Below, one piece after another: positions 60,174-64,000 of a DNA stretch of 64,000 nucleotides. The number at the start of each line of letters is the position of its first letter. Position 1 is the stretch's first letter. The DNA lies in assembly GCA_965202625.1 (NCBI GenBank), contig CBDBBI010000010.1, forward strand, positions 512,001 through 576,000, in the 5' to 3' direction. Source of the stretch: a bacterium (GTDB taxonomy: Bacteria; UBA8248). The notes under the pieces were generated by a model that worked only from the letters and a program-made list of their open reading frames with translations, did not search any database and was not told where the DNA came from. The translations under genes were made by a program, and so were the position numbers.

Positions 60174-62864
60174 ATGTCCCTTTCCAGAGGCACCCTCCAT
60201 GGGAGAAAAGAAAAAAAAACGTCAGGGGCCAAGGGCCGCGCCCCGTCCCCGGCGATGCGCCAATATCTGGAAATGAAGGCGCGCTATCCGGACGCGGTAT
60301 TGTTTTTTCAACTGGGTGATTTCTTCGAGATGTTCTATGGGGACGCAAAGATCGGGGCTGAGGCACTCAAACTTACGTTGACCTCTCGTCAGCGCGATGA
60401 GAAAGGTCCCATCCCGATGTGTGGCGTACCCTGTCATTCGGCGGCCCCTTATTGTGGGCGATTGCTGGAGGCGGGGCACAAAGTCGCCATATGCGAACAG
60501 GTCGAGGATACAGGAGAGAGCAAAAGCGTCGTGAGACGCGAGGTGACCCGCGTCCTGACTCCGGGCACCTCTATTGCCGATCTTGAATTGATGGACAGCA
60601 AGGAACCTCAGTATTTGACGGGGGTCGTCGTATCTACGGCAGGGGGACACACGCTTTGGGGAATGGCGTGGGTCGATAATTCGACCGGTGAATTTTGCGC
60701 GACCCAGGCGGCGGGCGATGCCGCCGAGGCGCTCATTTGCAACGAATTGGAGAGGCTTTCTCCCCGTGAACTAATATTGCCTAATGAATTTTCCCCCTCC
60801 GATGGGATGAAAGACAAACTAGATGCGCTCAAGATCCATGTAGAAAAAAGGCCGGCGAGTACTTTCAGCGAGCCGCTCGATCGCCAAAGCCTGGGCGCGA
60901 TTTTTCCCGACGAGACGAACGTTCGGGAGAATCCGGCGGCGGCGAACGCCGCTGTGGGGGTGATGAAATATCTCAAAGAGAATCAACCTGGGGATTTTCC
61001 CCACCTGAGGCCCGTGTCTTTCTCCCAGATTTCAGACACCATGATTCTCGACGCCGCCACGCTAAGAAATTTAGAGATCATCCACTCTGCTGCGGATCGT
61101 GGGAGAAAGGGCACCTTGATTGGCCTGCTTGATGAAACTCTCACGGGTATGGGCGGGCGATTGTTGAAAAAATGGGTACTTTCGCCCCTTATTAATGCAA
61201 ACGCCATCAGCTATCGCGCAGCCTCTATACAAGAACTCGTGGAAGGCTCCACAACCCTGGATATCCTCAAAGATGCCATCGCGCCAATACAGGACATTGA
61301 ACGTCTGCTCGGCCGCGTGGGTTCTCAAAGCGCGAACGCTAGAGACCTGGCGGGATTGGGCGCGTCCCTGGCCATGCTTCCCAAAGTCTGCACGGCCATA
61401 GAGGGGGCGGATGCGGAGTTGTTCCGCGACGTGTTGTCGAGTTGGGATTCTCTTGAGGACGTGACGCAGGAGTTGAAGAGCGCGCTTGTGGACAAGCCGC
61501 CCGTTTCGATTCGCGAGGGCGGCATTTTTCGCTCCGATTATGACCAGGAACTCGCGCAAGTGAGAAAGGCGCAGCGCGAGGGCGATACATTGTTGAAAGA
61601 TTATGAGGGCAAAGAAAAACGCAGGACAGGGCTGCCGCTGAAAATCGGGTTTAACCGCGTTTTCGGATATTATCTGGAGATCGCCAAACGATTTAGCGCT
61701 AAAGCGCCTGGGGAATATACGCGCAAGCAAACCCTCGTTTCCGCGGAGCGCTACGTCACTTCTGAGCTCAAACAGATGGAAGAAGATATTCTCGGCGCAG
61801 AGGAAAAGGGTCATCATCTCGAATTTATGCTTTTTGGTCGACTGAGAGTAAAAATATCAAAACAGGCCAAACGCATACTCGCCGCTGCAGAGAGGGTGGC
61901 GCTTCTCGACGCCGTCTTGTCCCTATCTATCGTCGCGCGCAAATATGGATACGTCAGACCGCAAATAACGGACTCTACTCATCTGGAAATCGTAGAGGGC
62001 AGACACCCCGTTATGGAGGCGGAGAATCCGGGACTCTCTTTCGTGCCGAACGATTTGGCTATCGGCGCGGATCAGCAGATACTCATCATCACGGGGCCGA
62101 ACATGGCCGGAAAATCCACGTATCTGCGCCAATCGGCACTCATCATTTTGATGTCGCAAATCGGCGGTTTCGTCCCCGCCAAAAGCGCGCAAATCGGTTT
62201 GGTAGACAGGGTATTCACTCGTGTGGGCGCGCATGACCGTCTTCTGGAGGGACAAAGCACTTTTATGGTGGAGATGGTGGAGACGGCCACCATCTTACGA
62301 GAGGCGACGCATAGAAGCTTCATTGTTTTGGACGAAGTAGGGCGCGGGACGAGCACCTATGACGGCGTGAGCATCGCGTGGTCGATCGTGGAGTATCTTC
62401 ACAATGCGGTCTCCCACAGGGCAAGAACCCTGTTTGCGACCCATTACCATGAGTTGTCCGAGCTCTCTAAGGAGTTGACGCGCGTCCATAATCTGACGGT
62501 CGAGGTTCGAGAATGGGGCGATGAAATCGTGTTTTTACGAAAAGTCGCCGAGGGCAGTTGCGATAGAAGCTACGGCATTCACGTGGGAAGATTGGCGGGG
62601 CTTCCTGATGTGGTTATTGAGCGCGCGAAAGATTTGCTCTCTCGATTTGAGGGCACAGGCGCTGAGGACCCTTCCAGCCGGCCGAAGTTATTCGTGGAGA
62701 ATCACCGGCGAAACGGGCAATTGTCTTTATTTTCGCGCAAGAGATCACAAACCGAAGAAGCGTTGGACGGCCTCAACCCGGACGCTATGACGCCTCGCCA
62801 GGCTCTTGAAGCCCTTTATGAGCTCCGGAAGATCATGGTAAATAAGGAGGAGCGGCGACTATAA
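60174..62864 (+). CDS. mutS: DNA mismatch repair protein MutS
   Basis: PAMRQY, GDFFEMF, TGPNMAGKST, STFMVEM, DEVGRG and FATHY. Confidence 0.98.
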   Translation: MSLSRGTLHGRKEKKTSGAKGRAPSPAMRQYLEMKARYPDAVLFFQLGDFFEMFYGDAKIGAEALKLTLTSRQRDEKGPIPMCGVPCHSAAPYCGRLLEAGHKVAICEQVEDTGESKSVVRREVTRVLTPGTSIADLELMDSKEPQYLTGVVVSTAGGHTLWGMAWVDNSTGEFCATQAAGDAAEALICNELERLSPRELILPNEFSPSDGMKDKLDALKIHVEKRPASTFSEPLDRQSLGAIFPDETNVRENPAAANAAVGVMKYLKENQPGDFPHLRPVSFSQISDTMILDAATLRNLEIIHSAADRGRKGTLIGLLDETLTGMGGRLLKKWVLSPLINANAISYRAASIQELVEGSTTLDILKDAIAPIQDIERLLGRVGSQSANARDLAGLGASLAMLPKVCTAIEGADAELFRDVLSSWDSLEDVTQELKSALVDKPPVSIREGGIFRSDYDQELAQVRKAQREGDTLLKDYEGKEKRRTGLPLKIGFNRVFGYYLEIAKRFSAKAPGEYTRKQTLVSAERYVTSELKQMEEDILGAEEKGHHLEFMLFGRLRVKISKQAKRILAAAERVALLDAVLSLSIVARKYGYVRPQITDSTHLEIVEGRHPVMEAENPGLSFVPNDLAIGADQQILIITGPNMAGKSTYLRQSALIILMSQIGGFVPAKSAQIGLVDRVFTRVGAHDRLLEGQSTFMVEMVETATILREATHRSFIVLDEVGRGTSTYDGVSIAWSIVEYLHNAVSHRARTLFATHYHELSELSKELTRVHNLTVEVREWGDEIVFLRKVAEGSCDRSYGIHVGRLAGLPDVVIERAKDLLSRFEGTGAEDPSSRPKLFVENHRRNGQLSLFSRKRSQTEEALDGLNPDAMTPRQALEALYELRKIMVNKEERRL

Positions 62865-62948
62865 GCGAGAGCGCAGTGCTTCATGATGCGCGAGGCGGGC
62901 GAAACGAAATAGGGCGGTCGGTCGCGTTCTTATCGGGCGGCGTGGAAG

Positions 62949-63578
62949 GTGAAAGACCAGGGAAAATTTGTGCTATCTGACGACGGCAAGAAAGCGTTTC
63001 TTCTCAGAAGCTTTACCATCGCCACCTGCGCGTTCCTCGCGCTGTCGGCGCCGGCTCACTCCGTTGCGGACGCGCAAAGCGGCATTCACGTGAGAGACGT
63101 CGTCGTTGTAGAGAAAAATGACGAATTGCTCGTTTTTGGCTCGCTGCGGGGTGCGTTTTCGCCAAAACTCCTGGAGGCGATTCATGGCGGCGTAACAGGC
63201 AGCTTCATCTTTGACATAAGCCTCCTTCAATCTCGTAAACTTATCCACGATGTGGAAGTCTTCGCTCGGCAGCTGTCCCACCGAGTAAAGTATAGCGCGT
63301 TGAAAAAAACATATACCTTCCTCGTCAAGGAGAATGGAAAAGACCTTGAGAGAAAAGTGACCGACAGTGAGAAGGAAATGATGACCTGGATGCTTGAATT
63401 GAATGGCGTGGCGATCGCTTCTGAAAAGGCGTTATCCCCAAACGAGCAGTATTATGTCAGAATCAGAGCGCGATTGAAGCGGGTGGATTTTGTTTTTCCC
63501 TTTAATTATCTGCTCTCTTTTTTGGAAAAGAAATCCGCTTGGAACTATTCCGAGACGTTTGGCCTGAAAGGAATGTGA
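62949..63578 (+). CDS. DUF4390 domain protein
   Basis: Signal/TM segment, EAIHGGV...F and YYVRIRA; typical position upstream of ntrY. Confidence 0.75.
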   Translation: MKDQGKFVLSDDGKKAFLLRSFTIATCAFLALSAPAHSVADAQSGIHVRDVVVVEKNDELLVFGSLRGAFSPKLLEAIHGGVTGSFIFDISLLQSRKLIHDVEVFARQLSHRVKYSALKKTYTFLVKENGKDLERKVTDSEKEMMTWMLELNGVAIASEKALSPNEQYYVRIRARLKRVDFVFPFNYLLSFLEKKSAWNYSETFGLKGM

Positions 63579-63581
63579 GTT

Positions 63582-64000
63582 TTGCATCTAGCGCGCCTGA
63601 GAGATGAAGAAGACGTTTCGCACCGACGAGGGAATCTTCTGCGCCTCTTCATCGCTTTGATCGCCACCGCCACCCTTTCCCTCACCTCCTGGCTCTACTT
63701 CAAAGATCTCGAGCCAGGAGTCCCTATTCTGAACAACGTCGTCGTATTCGCGCTCGTGAACTTAAGCATGACTCTACTCATGGTGGTCGTCCTCCTTGTG
63801 GCGAGGAACTTGGTGCGCCTTTATTCGGAGAGGAGAACGCGCGCCGGCGACTCACGCCTGCAATCAAAGCTCGTGTTGGCTTTCGTCGGATTCGCGCTCC
63901 TTCCGACGTTGGCTCTTTTTGTGACGGCCAGCGGCCTCATAAACCAAAGTTTCAACTCCTTGTTCAACATGAATGTGGAGAGAGCGCTCAAAAATTCGTT
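63582..64000 (+). CDS. NtrY-like sensor histidine kinase, 5' part, runs off the window
   Basis: Open frame from TTG 63582: VFALVNL...RNLVRLYSERR...SRLQSKLVLAFVGFALLPT. Confidence 0.8.
   Translation, partial: MHLARLRDEEDVSHRRGNLLRLFIALIATATLSLTSWLYFKDLEPGVPILNNVVVFALVNLSMTLLMVVVLLVARNLVRLYSERRTRAGDSRLQSKLVLAFVGFALLPTLALFVTASGLINQSFNSLFNMNVERALKNS

Noticed and set aside
1-64000. CRISPR arrays, tRNA/rRNA genes, transposases, defence systems
   Set aside because: No regularly spaced repeats, T-loop consensus or matching ORFs were seen by eye

Overview
This is a bacterial chromosomal window, mostly housekeeping genes. The gene order resembles Deltaproteobacteria/Nitrospinota (inference only). Core blocks: ylxP-rbfA-truB-rpsO-pnp; hisS; aspS-era; rpsU; recO-argS-SPOR; lipA-alaC-hom-apgM-like-lysC-glyQS-ppdK-ribD-ribE-ribB(X)-ribH-nusB; lptE-holA; rpsT; murJ-xerD; phoH-pgpH-ybeY-HIT-lapA-mutS-DUF4390-ntrY (partial). 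An accessory stretch (~4.3-27 kb) carries a Gfo/Idh/MocA oxidoreductase, an RNase Z/AtsA-like hydrolase, a TAXI receptor, a tandem cupin, ada, a cyclic amidohydrolase, a TPR lipoprotein, a TIGR04282 transferase, CoxG, a Zn-ADH, a ThDP enzyme, comEC and an aldo/keto reductase. Several genes are broken: amidohydrolase-3, M48/PDZ protease, cobB, an MFS transporter, a remnant between nusB and lptE, and possibly the murJ 5' end. I saw no tRNA, rRNA, CRISPR array or transposase. The best leads are a hairpin-dense ~340-nt intergenic element at a GC-content step (11.44-11.79 kb), a candidate sRNA with a perfect palindrome between fxsA and hisS, a cupin-TAXI-hydrolase catabolic module, and several intact enzymes that have lost catalytic metal ligands. 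All calls come from reading motifs by eye; no searches or folding programs were run.
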